Numbered from the stretch's first letter, positions 1 through 10,454 are shown. The stretch is 64,000 nucleotides of DNA from an uncultured Acidimicrobiia bacterium (GCA_963786955.1 CAWBAT010000005.1:800001-864000), one strand, 5' to 3'. Translations and numbers: made by a program. The notes: generated by a model from the sequence alone, not told the origin.

Positions 1-3
1 ACG

Positions 4-567
4 ATGACGAACGAAAACCTCATGCGGCTTCTTGATCGGGCACAGAAGAAGTTTAAGGAAGCTTCGCTCTATTTGACCCGCGCAGCGAACTATGATTTTT
101 CTGGCAGGCGATTTGATTTGGACATGACCATCGAGGTAGATTCCCACACCTCTGTCGATCAAATAGCATCCGTATGCCGCGCCTTTCGCAAGGTATTCCT
201 GCTGGTATCCGCCTATGAAGAGGGAATCAGCGGCTCGGCCCTTGATCAGAAACTTTTCAAGAGAATCCTTGACCTCGAGGATGCGGATCACCGTATTCGA
301 TTCTACGTATTCAAGAAGGACATCAAAACCTCGGGCATCCCCAACAACCATATCATGTATTCCGAATTCGCTTTTCCCGAGGCCGCTGATTGGAACTTCT
401 ATGTCAACCTAGACAATGCCATCGAGTTCAGTCGGCGCTTCTATGGAACATGCAATCGTCATTTTATCGACGGTGTACCCAATGTTGCGGCCACCAATCC
501 TAACTACATTTCGCAGTGTTTTCACTTCTCAAAAGGATACTTGCGCCCCTCTGAACGCGTGCCTTGA
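4..567 (+). CDS. Hypothetical protein, possibly the 3' part of a gene starting before the window
   Basis: 187-aa ORF whose frame is open from position 1; protein-like composition but no recognised motif. Confidence 0.55.
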   Translation: MTNENLMRLLDRAQKKFKEASLYLTRAANYDFSGRRFDLDMTIEVDSHTSVDQIASVCRAFRKVFLLVSAYEEGISGSALDQKLFKRILDLEDADHRIRFYVFKKDIKTSGIPNNHIMYSEFAFPEAADWNFYVNLDNAIEFSRRFYGTCNRHFIDGVPNVAATNPNYISQCFHFSKGYLRPSERVP

Positions 568-1057
568 AGAGGTGTCCGTCCGCCGAATGACCGAGGGGTT
601 ACTTGGAATCCAGCTTTGGCTTTCACTCCTGGGCTGGGGCAAGTGTCCGGTTGGCCGTGCGAAACACGCTGTGATGAAGGATGTCGCGGGCGAAATGCGG
701 TCTGCCCGGGCGGCCGTGGCCTTTCAGCCTCTCTTTGGCCTGACCAACCACATGAGCGAGGAGAAGAACAACGTCCGTTGCCATGGCTTAGGCCAACCCG
801 TGGTTCTTGATAAAGTACCTTCGCCGTGAGAAAGGGGGTTGATTCGGAATGTTGCCAGGCGCTCCGGGGAATAATTGAACGCTACAATGTCCTTGAACGA
901 GGTATAAGAGAGTGCCTGTCGGTTCAAAGGGCAGAACAAATTAAGCAGGTTCAATTAAGTGCCCGCAACTTCGGCACTCGTCGCAGTTGGCCGCTGTTCA
1001 TCGCATTCCGTGTAACTCGTTGACGCAACCCCTGACAACCCTCGATCCGCAATGTTT

Positions 1058-1987
1058 CTAGATTTCGGGAATCCCTAAACCCTTCCCGCCTGGCTTTGAC
1101 ATCACGGCCTCGGGGTAATAACGCTGAATCATGTCGGAAGCAATTTTAGCGCGACGGACACGCTCGCGGGTCAAGGCGATTGCCGTGGACTCCAGGTGGC
1201 TTCCGCAGGGATAGACATCTGGTGCGTTTCTCAACCCCAACTTGACATAGAGCGGAGAGACCACACGGATCATTTCCGGAACCTCGTAATGACGGATGAA
1301 TCCTCCAAAGTTGTCCGGGGTTTCCACATAGAGGTCGAGAGGGAGAGAGACCGCTTTCCGGGCAGAGGCCAGGAGCGGCAAAGGCAAGTCAGAAGAGATA
1401 TTGAAGGTGTCCGCCCCGCAATCCTCCAGGATCTTCACCGAAATCGGATTGTTCGCGCTCAGTTGAACCGATACTTTTGCCACCAGGTTCGAAGGAAGCT
1501 TGCCGGCCTTCTTCATTTCGTTTACCAGCCAGAGTAACCCAAGATCAGCAATGAGGACTCCCCGCAGCCCGAGATCACAACCCCGCTTGATGTCTTCGAT
1601 GGCATAAACGAGCTGATCTGCCCCACGAAGGCTCCAGCCGATGATTTTTCCTGCAGGTGTCAGGGGCAAAGCTCCGATATCGAAGGCTGCTCGGGGACCC
1701 ACAAAGAGGCTGACTTCCATCTGCTGGTCCTTAGCCATTTTCAGCATCTCTTTGATTTCGTCATCGGTCAACAACATGATGCCACTTCCCTGGCTGACCC
1801 GATGAATAATCAAGTGGTGTTTTTGGGCTTCTTCAATGACAGCCTTTAAGCAACGTGGACCTTCAACGGTGGGGATCTCAAAGCGGTATTGAGCGCCGTC
1901 AGGGAATCGCTTTGGAGAGCTGGGAAGTTCATACCCGTCTCGTGCAGGGAATCCCAGGGCTTCAATGAATTTTCTCGTTTCTTCCAT
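1058..1987 (-). CDS. U32-peptidase-like TIM-barrel protein of unknown function
   Basis: Intact 309-aa ORF with PDGAQYRFEIPTVEGP and HRVSQGSG motifs, recognised as a family usually annotated 'U32 family peptidase'; AAGGA-type RBS upstream. Confidence 0.7.
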   Translation of the reverse strand: MEETRKFIEALGFPARDGYELPSSPKRFPDGAQYRFEIPTVEGPRCLKAVIEEAQKHHLIIHRVSQGSGIMLLTDDEIKEMLKMAKDQQMEVSLFVGPRAAFDIGALPLTPAGKIIGWSLRGADQLVYAIEDIKRGCDLGLRGVLIADLGLLWLVNEMKKAGKLPSNLVAKVSVQLSANNPISVKILEDCGADTFNISSDLPLPLLASARKAVSLPLDLYVETPDNFGGFIRHYEVPEMIRVVSPLYVKLGLRNAPDVYPCGSHLESTAIALTRERVRRAKIASDMIQRYYPEAVMSKPGGKGLGIPEI

Positions 1988-2050
1988 AGGGGGATTCCTT
2001 TCAGTCCCTGAGTACTGCCTTTCATAAATAAGGTGACGTATCTATGGATG

Positions 2051-2107
2051 GCCGCCGCGTGGGGTCACGCGGCCTACAAAGGTGTGAGCCGGGTCACCGA
2101 CCGGGTG
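2051..2107. repeat. REP-like (GTAG-type) inverted doublet
   Basis: Minus strand reads GTAGGCCGCGTGACCCCACGCGGCGGC (GTAG plus GC-rich hairpin). A 6-nt spacer is followed by a degenerate opposite copy, GTGAGCCGGGTCACCGACCGGGTG. Confidence 0.55.
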
Positions 2108-2176
2108 TTAACGTCATCGAATTTCTGAAGGGGAGTACCTGGTTTGTCATCTATCCATTTTCCAATATGCCAAGGT

Positions 2177-2213
2177 AAAACCACGAGGAACACAAAAGAC
2201 GCGTTCCTCGTGG
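2177..2213 (-). terminator. Intrinsic terminator candidate downstream of the M23 peptidase gene
   Basis: Perfect 11-bp stem CCACGAGGAAC/GTTCCTCGTGG followed by TTTT on the minus strand. Confidence 0.5.
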
Positions 2214-2240
2214 ACTGCCCACAGCTGATGAAACATAGAA

Positions 2241-3653
2241 TTAATTTTTAGGGGAACTCGCCGAAAGATCCTTTAGCCGATCCAGCACATGATCTTTAAT
2301 CCATTTCGCGTCCCACCATTCCGTAGGATTGATAGGGACGCCTTGCAGGAACATCCCAAAATGCAGATGGTCTCCTCCAGCCAAGCCGGTTGCGCCACTT
2401 TTCCCGATGACCTGCGTCTTCTTGACTGGATCGCCAACTTTCACATCCATGGAACTCATGTGGCCGTAGAGAGAAAGCAAGCCGCAGCCATGGTCAATCA
2501 GGACGGTATTGCCATAAATTCCAAAATAATCCGCATAGACAACTACCCCATCATTGGAAGCCTCGATGGGGTACTGCTGGGTTACCGAAAGGTCAAAACC
2601 CACATGGTCTTGCCGGTCGACTTCTTTCGCCTGATAGAAGTAAACCCGATGATCTGCAAAAAGGGATTCGACCTGAGAATTGCTGAGCTGTAAAAATGCC
2701 CCACTCCATAAGAAACGAGGGACTGACATCGCGCAAAATGCGCGGATCTGATCATGATTTGCTTTACGGAGTACGTTATTGATTTCCAGGTAAGTCTTCA
2801 GCAATTCTCCCTGATCTTTGATGTCTGGCGTATGAGACATAATCTCGGGAACTACTTTTTGCAGAAAAGCGTCATCCAATTGGATATCACGGCTGCGGAA
2901 TTTCTTGGGAAAAATCTTGTTCCAGAATGTGGCCACAGCTTCATTGCCTGCCTCGTCCCGGGCAATGACTTTCAGTGGGGCATTTTCAGGCAAATAGTAG
3001 GCAAAGGCAAAGAGGGAAAAACGTAGGCTGGGATCGGCTCCGGATATCGGGAACCCCGGGAAGAAATTGGGGCCTGCCTGAGCCCCGGAAAGGATCGCGT
3101 CGGGCGAAATGCGGTAGACAACACATTCGGATCCACCCTGGTTAATGTAATGCTGACCCGATAGAACTTCTAATCGCGGGGGATAAATGTCAAACTCGAA
3201 ATCCTTCTGTAACTGCGACCGATTTCCACCAAAGAAACTTCGAAACGAATGGTCGGACGCCACGACGGTCAGGCTGGCAGGACCTTGCTGCACTTTGTAC
3301 TTCTCAGTCAACAATTTCCCCAAATCAATCGTCAGCTCCTTCTGCTTTCCAGTACGCCAGATCGTAAAGAGAGACGGACCGGGATAATTCTCCTCAAAGA
3401 GGGGCACCAGCTGGTCCTTTTGTTTCAAGACCAATGAAACATGATTCAGTCCATTGCCCTGATCCTCGATCCGCAAATTTAAAGCGGGGTTACGTCCCAG
3501 CGAGTTAAAATTACGGTCAAATCGAATTTCGGGTGCTTTCCCTTCCCATCGTTTGTAGGTCATCAAAAAATAGAGAAGGAAGATGATCCCAATAAAGGAA
3601 AGAATGAATCCCAGAATGCTCATTCCCCGATCATTTCTTCTGTGTCGATCCAT
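2241..3653 (-). CDS. M23 family metallopeptidase with N-terminal membrane anchor
   Basis: HVGFD (HxxxD), YGN, YGHMS and HLHF motifs; N-terminal TM helix; start taken at the ATG after AGGAG (ORF track extends to 3713). Confidence 0.9.
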   Translation of the reverse strand: MDRHRRNDRGMSILGFILSFIGIIFLLYFLMTYKRWEGKAPEIRFDRNFNSLGRNPALNLRIEDQGNGLNHVSLVLKQKDQLVPLFEENYPGPSLFTIWRTGKQKELTIDLGKLLTEKYKVQQGPASLTVVASDHSFRSFFGGNRSQLQKDFEFDIYPPRLEVLSGQHYINQGGSECVVYRISPDAILSGAQAGPNFFPGFPISGADPSLRFSLFAFAYYLPENAPLKVIARDEAGNEAVATFWNKIFPKKFRSRDIQLDDAFLQKVVPEIMSHTPDIKDQGELLKTYLEINNVLRKANHDQIRAFCAMSVPRFLWSGAFLQLSNSQVESLFADHRVYFYQAKEVDRQDHVGFDLSVTQQYPIEASNDGVVVYADYFGIYGNTVLIDHGCGLLSLYGHMSSMDVKVGDPVKKTQVIGKSGATGLAGGDHLHFGMFLQGVPINPTEWWDAKWIKDHVLDRLKDLSASSPKN

Positions 3654-4158
3654 CAATAGTTCTCCTGAATACAAGCTTCGTAGGTAGAGGCTATCCTTTG
3701 CCACTACACTCAAAATCTGTCGTTGAGATTGATTCTAGTCCCTTACAGCCCCCCAGCCGAAACACTCGCTTCGGAAGGGCCAATCTTTTATCATGATCTT
3801 AAGCGGGAGACTCCCGCACATTTTTGATCAAAGGTCCGGTTGAAAAGTAATTTGTGGGCCCGGAAACCGACTTACCTTAGTACGACTTTCAAGAAAAGTC
3901 TAAATTTTTCATGTCGCAGAGGAGTATGATTGGGCAGAAGAGATGGGACACAAAAGCCTTTTATTATAATCGTATAGCCTCAGATAACACCCCCTCAATA
4001 GACTCGATTGGCCGTCCAGTAGCGAGTACTCGATTTCTTGATTTTCCGAAAGTTCGCGTTGGTTAGTAGAAGGCACAACTCCCTTGCTCAAGAGGGTTTA
4101 TCCTGATCTCTTAACCACGATATCTCCTCTTGCATTTAAAGATTTAGTCAATAACTCC

Positions 4159-4190
4159 TTGACAAATAAGGGGAAAACAAGATATACAAT
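4159..4190 (+). promoter_or_regulatory. Sigma70-type promoter candidate for the PfkB kinase gene
   Basis: TTGACA at 4159-4164 with TATACA/TACAAT 18-20 nt downstream. Confidence 0.4.
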
Positions 4191-4267
4191 GATGTTTGTT
4201 TTGTCGTGAATGACCTCATTGGGTTCGGTGGGGGAGAGAATATGAATTGCGCGGGAGGGACGGAGAA

Positions 4268-5206
4268 TTGATTCCGAAAAAAAAGAAAAAGGTATTAGTG
4301 ATTGGTGAGCTGAATGTTGACATCATTGGCGTCGGATTACAGACGTTTCCGGTCCTTGGGCGTGAAATCACGGCTCAAGAGATGGCCCTGACCTTGGGAA
4401 GCTCATCGGCAATTTTAGCTTGTGGGTTGGCGAAGCTCGGCGTTCCTGTCACGTTCATCAGCAAAGTGGGGAAGGACGAATTTGGAAAATTCTGTTTGGA
4501 AGAATTGGAAGCAAAGAAGATCAAAACCAACCATATCATCCGCGATGCAAAACTGAGGACAGGTCTTAAAGTCTCGTTGAACTTTCGGAATGATAAAGCT
4601 CAAATTACCTACCCGGGGGCAATCCCACACCTTTATTACAAAGAGATTCCATCCCGAATCTTCAGGGAACATGACCATTTGCACATTTCGTCTTATTTCT
4701 TACAGGAAGGTCTACTTCCGTCGTTCCCTCAGATGTTTCAGGATGCCAAACAGGTTGGGATAACCACATCGCTCGACCCAAATTGCGACAATAAGAATCA
4801 GTGGAATTCTGGCATCTGGAAGTGTCTAGAGTACTTGGATGTCCTGCTCTTAAACGAGATGGAAGCCATTAATATTGCCAAAGCGAAGAGTCTGAACAGG
4901 GCTCTAGAGATCTTTTCTCAGAAGGTGCCAACCGTTGTGATTAAGCTGGGACCCAAAGGGGCCGTGGCCAAGAGCCATGGGCAGACCATTCAGCTTCCCG
5001 CTTTTAAGGTGAAAACGGTTGACACGACTGGGGCTGGTGACTCATTCGATGCGGGTTTCCTTTTTGGCACTCTGAACGGATTTGACCTGAGAAAGTCTCT
5101 CACCATCGCCAATGTCTGTGGCGCGGCTTCAACCATGGGGATGGGGGGAGCGGCCTCTCAATATGATTGGGAAGAGACACAAAAATTTCTAAGGCGCCAG
5201 CCTTGA
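4268..5206 (+). CDS. PfkB/ribokinase family carbohydrate kinase
   Basis: IGELNVD N-terminus, GKDEFG, NEMEA and the DTTGAGDSFDAG signature; start uncertain (TTG at 4247 or 4268). Confidence 0.9.
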   Translation: MIPKKKKKVLVIGELNVDIIGVGLQTFPVLGREITAQEMALTLGSSSAILACGLAKLGVPVTFISKVGKDEFGKFCLEELEAKKIKTNHIIRDAKLRTGLKVSLNFRNDKAQITYPGAIPHLYYKEIPSRIFREHDHLHISSYFLQEGLLPSFPQMFQDAKQVGITTSLDPNCDNKNQWNSGIWKCLEYLDVLLLNEMEAINIAKAKSLNRALEIFSQKVPTVVIKLGPKGAVAKSHGQTIQLPAFKVKTVDTTGAGDSFDAGFLFGTLNGFDLRKSLTIANVCGAASTMGMGGAASQYDWEETQKFLRRQP

Positions 5207-5259
5207 AGGATTCGAGTCCCGAACGGATCCGGCATCTCGCATCTGGCAGGACAATTTCC

Positions 5260-5973
5260 TCAAGTCAATATCCCGCGATCGGCAAAACTAAAATAGTGGT
5301 TGCTGCCCACCACAACGTGATCCAGTAGAACAATCTCCATCAGAGCACAAGCGTTCTTTAAGTCGGTCGTCACACGTTTGTCTTCGCTACTGGGCTCAGG
5401 GTTGCCACTGGGATGATTATGAACGGCAATGATCGCGGCAGCACCCAAGTTCAGCGCCCGCTTGACGATTTCTCTGGGAAATACGCTGGCGGTATTGATG
5501 GTACCGCGGAATAACTCCTCAATGGATATGACCCGGTGTTTAGTGTCGAGGAACACCACGCTAAAGATCTCCTGGTCAAGATCACGATATCTTTGAGCCA
5601 AAATCTTAAAGACATCCGCAGAGCACTCAATAAAGTCCTCCCTCTTGACTTTTTCCAGAAGGCAACGCTCATTCAGCGTTGCAATGGCTTTTAATGTCGC
5701 GATCTTAGCAGTCCCCAATCCTTTAACTTTGCGCAGTTCCTGCTCGCTGGCTTTAAACAGCCCTCTCAACCCATTAAATTGGTCGAGAAGCTTTCGGGAG
5801 AGATCTAACACACTCAATCCTTGGACACCCACCCTGAGGAAGATAGCAAGGAGTTCGGCATCCGTCAGGGCTTCTGGACCTTGAGATATGAGCCGTTCAC
5901 GAGGCTGTTCCGACTTGGGCCAGTAGCTCACCCAGTTCTCGGAGATTTTTTTGCGGGGGACCGGTTGATTCAT
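5260..5973 (-). CDS. radC: DNA repair protein RadC (JAB domain)
   Basis: PRERL, ELLAIFL, HhH GLGTAK, and HNHPSG..PS..D motifs. Confidence 0.93.
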   Translation of the reverse strand: MNQPVPRKKISENWVSYWPKSEQPRERLISQGPEALTDAELLAIFLRVGVQGLSVLDLSRKLLDQFNGLRGLFKASEQELRKVKGLGTAKIATLKAIATLNERCLLEKVKREDFIECSADVFKILAQRYRDLDQEIFSVVFLDTKHRVISIEELFRGTINTASVFPREIVKRALNLGAAAIIAVHNHPSGNPEPSSEDKRVTTDLKNACALMEIVLLDHVVVGSNHYFSFADRGILT

Positions 5974-6119
5974 AAGATCACCATTAAACAAGACCCGCAG
6001 ATGACCACTGATTAACGCGGCTATTTGCAGTTATAAGTTTGTTCGATTGTTCACCTTGTTGTTCTCGGTTCACACGCATGCCGATTCCAAGGTCGATGAG
6101 GATAGATGCACAAAGTCAG

Positions 6120-6671
6120 TTACAGTCCCAGCTTGTCTGAACAGGCTTCCAGCGCGCCAATGCAGAACGAGATATGTTCGTCTAGATCCATTCCCAGTTC
6201 CTGGGCTCCTTTGATAATATCTTCCCGGCTGACGGAACGAGCAAATGCTTTATCCTTCATTTTTTTCCTGACGGATCGTGATTCCATTCCCTGGATTCTC
6301 TTATCCGGGCGCACAAGAGCAACAGCCGTAATGAATCCGCTCAGCTCATCACAAGCAAATAGAGTTTTATCCAGCAAGCTTCTTCGTGGACAATTCGTCC
6401 AGTCTGCATGGGACAGAATCGCGTAGATGACTTCATCTGGATATCCCAGCTCTTTCAAAATAATGGAGCCTTTTTGAGGATGGTCGGGAGGATTCGGATA
6501 CATCTCATAATCAAAGTCGTGTAACAGACCGACAATACCCCATATTTCGATGTCTTCTTCAAATCTCTTCGCATAGGCGCGCATACAGGCTTCCACGGCC
6601 AGCATATGCTTGATGAGGCTTTCACTCTTGGTGTATTGCTGAAGTAATTCCAACGCCGACGGACGATCCAA
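6120..6671 (-). CDS. HD (HDIG) domain phosphohydrolase
   Basis: H..HDFD..H..H..CDE pattern and KKMKDKAFAR motif; TTG start at 6671 follows GGAGG (ORF track starts at 6677). Confidence 0.88.
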   Translation of the reverse strand: MDRPSALELLQQYTKSESLIKHMLAVEACMRAYAKRFEEDIEIWGIVGLLHDFDYEMYPNPPDHPQKGSIILKELGYPDEVIYAILSHADWTNCPRRSLLDKTLFACDELSGFITAVALVRPDKRIQGMESRSVRKKMKDKAFARSVSREDIIKGAQELGMDLDEHISFCIGALEACSDKLGL

Positions 6672-6680
6672 TGCCACCTC

Positions 6681-6778
6681 CAGAAGCAGAAAGCAGAAGG
6701 CAGTTGGCAGAAAGCAGTCAATGAGAAAGATCTACTCCTTCCTGCTTGCTGCCAACTGCCTTCTGCTTTCTGTTGCTG
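6681..6778. repeat. Long inverted repeat built of period-7 GCAGnnn units
   Basis: Arms 6681-6717 and 6742-6778 are complementary at 34 of 37 positions, with a 24-nt loop. Confidence 0.85.
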
Positions 6779-6780
6779 AT

Positions 6781-9397
6781 TCACGTTTCCATCCAGTTTT
6801 TTCCCCGAGCCGATTTTGACGACTATCGGCACCAGTAGCGGATGAACGGATTCCATTTCAGTTCTCACAAGCTCTTCCATACATTGAAGTTCATCCTGCG
6901 GTACATCAAAAACAAGCTCATCATGAACCTGTAGGAGCATTTTCGATTTCAGCGGATTCAGTTCCATCTTCTTGTGGATTCGGATCATCGCGAGCTTGAT
7001 CAGATCAGCCGCGGTTCCCTGAATAGGGGAATTCACCGCGGTCCTTTCGGCAAAGCCACGGAGATTAGGATTCTTGCTATTGATTTCCGAGATCTGGCGC
7101 AGACGACCAAACAGCGTCCGGGAAACACCAGTCCGTCGGGTCTCTGCAATGGTTTGGTCGATGTAATTCTTTGACGCCACGATAGTGTTCAAAGTATCGA
7201 TTGATAAATTCCTGAGCCTCGCGGCTGGAGATTTCCAATTCTTTCGCCAAGCCAAATGCGGTTTGCCCATAAATAATGCCGAAATTAATGACCTTCGCCC
7301 GACGCCTGATCTCAGCACTTTGTAAGCCCGGGTGAATTCCAAAGACCTCTCTGCCCGTACGACTATGAATATCTTCCCCATTGCGAAAAGCCTCTAAAAG
7401 AACTGGATCCTGGGAAAGATGCGCCAACACCCGAAGTTCGATTTGCGAATAGTCTGCAGCCAACAGAACACATCCGTTGCTGGGGATGAAGGCGGAACGG
7501 ATTTTCGTCCCCATCTCTGAGCGAATGGGAATGTTTTGTAGGTTTGGATTACTACTGGAAAGCCTTCCGGTCGCAGCTACTGTCTGGTTAAAGGAAGTAT
7601 GGACGCGGACCGGTCACTGGGTTGACAAGGCGAGGGAGAGCATCGACATAGCCGGTCTTCAGCTTGGCAATCTGCCGGAACTCCAGGATCAGCCTGGGCA
7701 ATTCATAGTTTTGCGCGAATTGTTCCAGCACCTCAACAGAAGTAGAAAACTGGCCGGATTTTTTCAGCTTCTTAGGGGCAGGAAGATTCAATTTCTCGAA
7801 AAGTATTTCCCCAAGCTGTTTTGGAGAGCTGATGTTGAAATCTGTCCCTGCCAATTCAAAGATTTTTTGACTTAAGGTATCGAGTTTCTTCTCAAATTCG
7901 AAGAAAGATCCTCAAGCAACCGGGAATCAATCCGGATCCCGGCCAATTCCATGGCCGCAAGAACTTCAGAGAGTGGCCTCTCGATTCCCTGGTAGACTTG
8001 TTCCAACCGCTCTTCCATAATTTTTGGGTGCAGCAGGGAAAATAGTTCTCGTGTCGCCATGCTTCTATCGGCGGCTAACTTTTGCAGGGGTCTTTTGCAG
8101 ATGGGCGAAAACGATCTCTTCAAATTGGTGATTGCTTCGATTCGGTTGTGTCAGATAAGACAACAGCATCGTATCCCATTCCAGCCCTCGGAGTTTCTGT
8201 CCTTGCCGCAATAGAACAACCTGGAGATTCTTGGCACTATGGATCACCTTTTGGATCGCATCATCCGAAAAGAACCCGTGAAAATCAGAAAATCGCAAAA
8301 GACTCTCTTCGCCGAAGCTCGCCTGCCATTCCCGCTGTTCTCCCGCGAATCCCACACTCCGAATGTTGACCTGCATGGGGTCTTCCTCGTCAAATTCGAC
8401 ATAGCAATAAGTCCTTGCCTCAGCCTGGAGAGCCTTCATCATTTCGCGAACTTCAGACAAATTCCGAATTGTCTCAATAGAGGCAGGAATCAAGTCGACC
8501 TGTGGACTTTGGCTTTCATACTCCTTTAACAGTGATTGAAAACCCAATTCCGCAAAAAGCTCTGGTAACTGCGTGATGTCCGGCGGATTGCCTGGAGTCC
8601 GTTAAATTCCAATCGAGAGGGACCGCGGTGTGAATGGTCACCAATTGTCTGCTTTGAAGAATTTGGTCCCGATTTGCAACTGAAGAGATTCCCGGTAGGT
8701 TTTGCGATTGACTTTGTCTGATTGCTCCAGCAGATTATCGATCGAGCCAAACTGTTTGATCAGCTCTTTGGCGCCTTTTTCTCCGATCCCTGGAGCTCCC
8801 GGAACATTGTCAACCGAGTCGCCCATTAATCCGAGAACATCGACAACCTGAGAACGGGGGTACACCGAAGAACTCCTCAACTTTAGCGGAATCAAACAAG
8901 ATGTCTGCCTTGGCCTGATGCAACACTCGCACTTGCTCAGTCACCAGCTGAAACATGTCTTTATCATTGGACACAATGACAGCCTCGAGATCCTCCTGCT
9001 CCGCCCTCTGGGAAAAAGTTCCGATAATATCGTCTGCTTCGAATCCTTCAATCTCAAGAATCGGGAGGTGCAAAGCTTCGCAAAGCTTCCGAATCAGAGG
9101 GATTTGTCGTGCAAGGTCCTCCGGCATAGCCGCACGATTGGCTTTATAACCCTCAAACGATTCATGCCGGAATGTGGGTTTCATACCATCGAACACGATG
9201 GCGATATAGTCTGGCTGATACTGGCGGACGAGCTTGCGGAGCATGGAGGCGAATCCGAAAACAGCATTGGTGGGTACCCCTTGGCTGTTTGTTAAGCCAC
9301 GGATTGCATAAAACGCCCGAAAAATGTGCGACATGCCGTCGACCAGAAAGAGTCTCTTTTTCTTTACAGCCGTGGATACCGGCTGGCTGGTCGTCAT
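6781..9397 (-). CDS. polA: DNA polymerase I, split into about 7 fragments by probable sequencing indels
   Basis: LVDGMSHIFRAFYA and GFEADDIIGT (5'-3' exonuclease), GDSVDNVPG, DYSQIELRVLAH (motif A), RRRAKVINFGIIYG (motif B), NSPIQGTAAD and LLQVHDEL (motif C), in colinear order. Confidence 0.95.
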
Positions 9398-9714
9398 GGC
9401 GTCAAGCCTTTCTCTGAGAAATAAAGACAAAATCTAGCATAGAAACTCGACTCGGAGTGAAGATATCTCGGATGGTTCTCTCTCCAGATTCATGGCGGGG
9501 GACACGCCCTTCTATAGGCTGGGGCCTCCCACCCGACCTGCAACCATTGAGCAGGTCTAATAGAAGGAATTTTTAGTTAGCCTCCCGAGTATCCGATTCA
9601 ACCTTCTGAACACCAGGAAGAACCATATTAAGAACTGAAGTGCCTGACAGGCCTATCGTTAAGATAGTTGAACCAGTCCTATCCATGAATTTCATCCTAC
9701 AAGGTGTTTCCTCT

Positions 9715-10454
9715 ATGCGTCGTCCGATTCTCTTCATCACCCGGATTTCGGCTCAAATCTCACTTATGGCATTCCCTATACTGTTGTCCCGGGATCACAA
9801 ACCAAAGTACCCATGACCTTTGATTATGCCGATGAGAGTGATCCCGGCCCTTATCCGATTCCTCCGAATCCCCCGATCGAAGGGGGCAATCAATCCAGCG
9901 GGGACCGCCATGTTCTTGTCCTCGACAGGGACAATTGCCTGCTTTACGAAACCTGGGATTCGCATTTCGTCGGACCAGGATGGCATTGCGGGTCTGGAGC
10001 CATTTTCAATTTACGCTCAAACAGTCTTCGCCCGGATGGGTGGACTTCGGCAGATGCTGCTGGTCTTCCCATTCTGCCTGGCCTTGCCCGATACGATGAA
10101 GCTGTGACCATCGGGGAGATCAAGCACGCGCTGCGCTTCACGGTTCAGTCCACCCAACGCGCCTACATACACCCTGCCACCCATTATGCCAGCAGCAACA
10201 CGGACCCCAATGCTCCACCCATGGGACTGAGAGTCCGGCTCAAGGCCAATTATGACCTCACTCGTTTCACTGGCGCATCGAGAGTGATCTTAACAGCGCT
10301 TAAGAAGTATGGAATGTTGGTGGCGGATAATAGGTCCGATTGGTTTATCACCGGGTCTACCGATTACAGTTGGAATGACGGAGATTTAAACCAACTCAAG
10401 ACCGTTCCCGGCAATGCTTTTGAAGTAGTTCAGACTGGGGCAATCCTTAAATAA
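9715..10454 (+). CDS. Conserved hypothetical protein (YADESDPGPYPIP / GDRH / WTSADAAGLP family), apparently lacking its N-terminal part
   Basis: ORF 9813-10454 extends upstream in frame as HPDFG..YGIPY with no start codon; an out-of-frame ATG (MRRPILFIT) with RBS lies at 9715. Confidence 0.6.

Noticed and set aside
5994-6021. Period-9 repeat CCGCAGATGA/CCACTGATTA/ACGCGGCT resembling repeats that flank GxxExxY-type genes
   Set aside because: Only one degenerate arm, with no inverted partner or cargo gene
6455-6780. Apparent C-terminal extension of PolA across the repeat into the HD gene
   Set aside because: Caused by a shift in an A-run; the adjacent frame gives the normal ..NWMET* end at 6781
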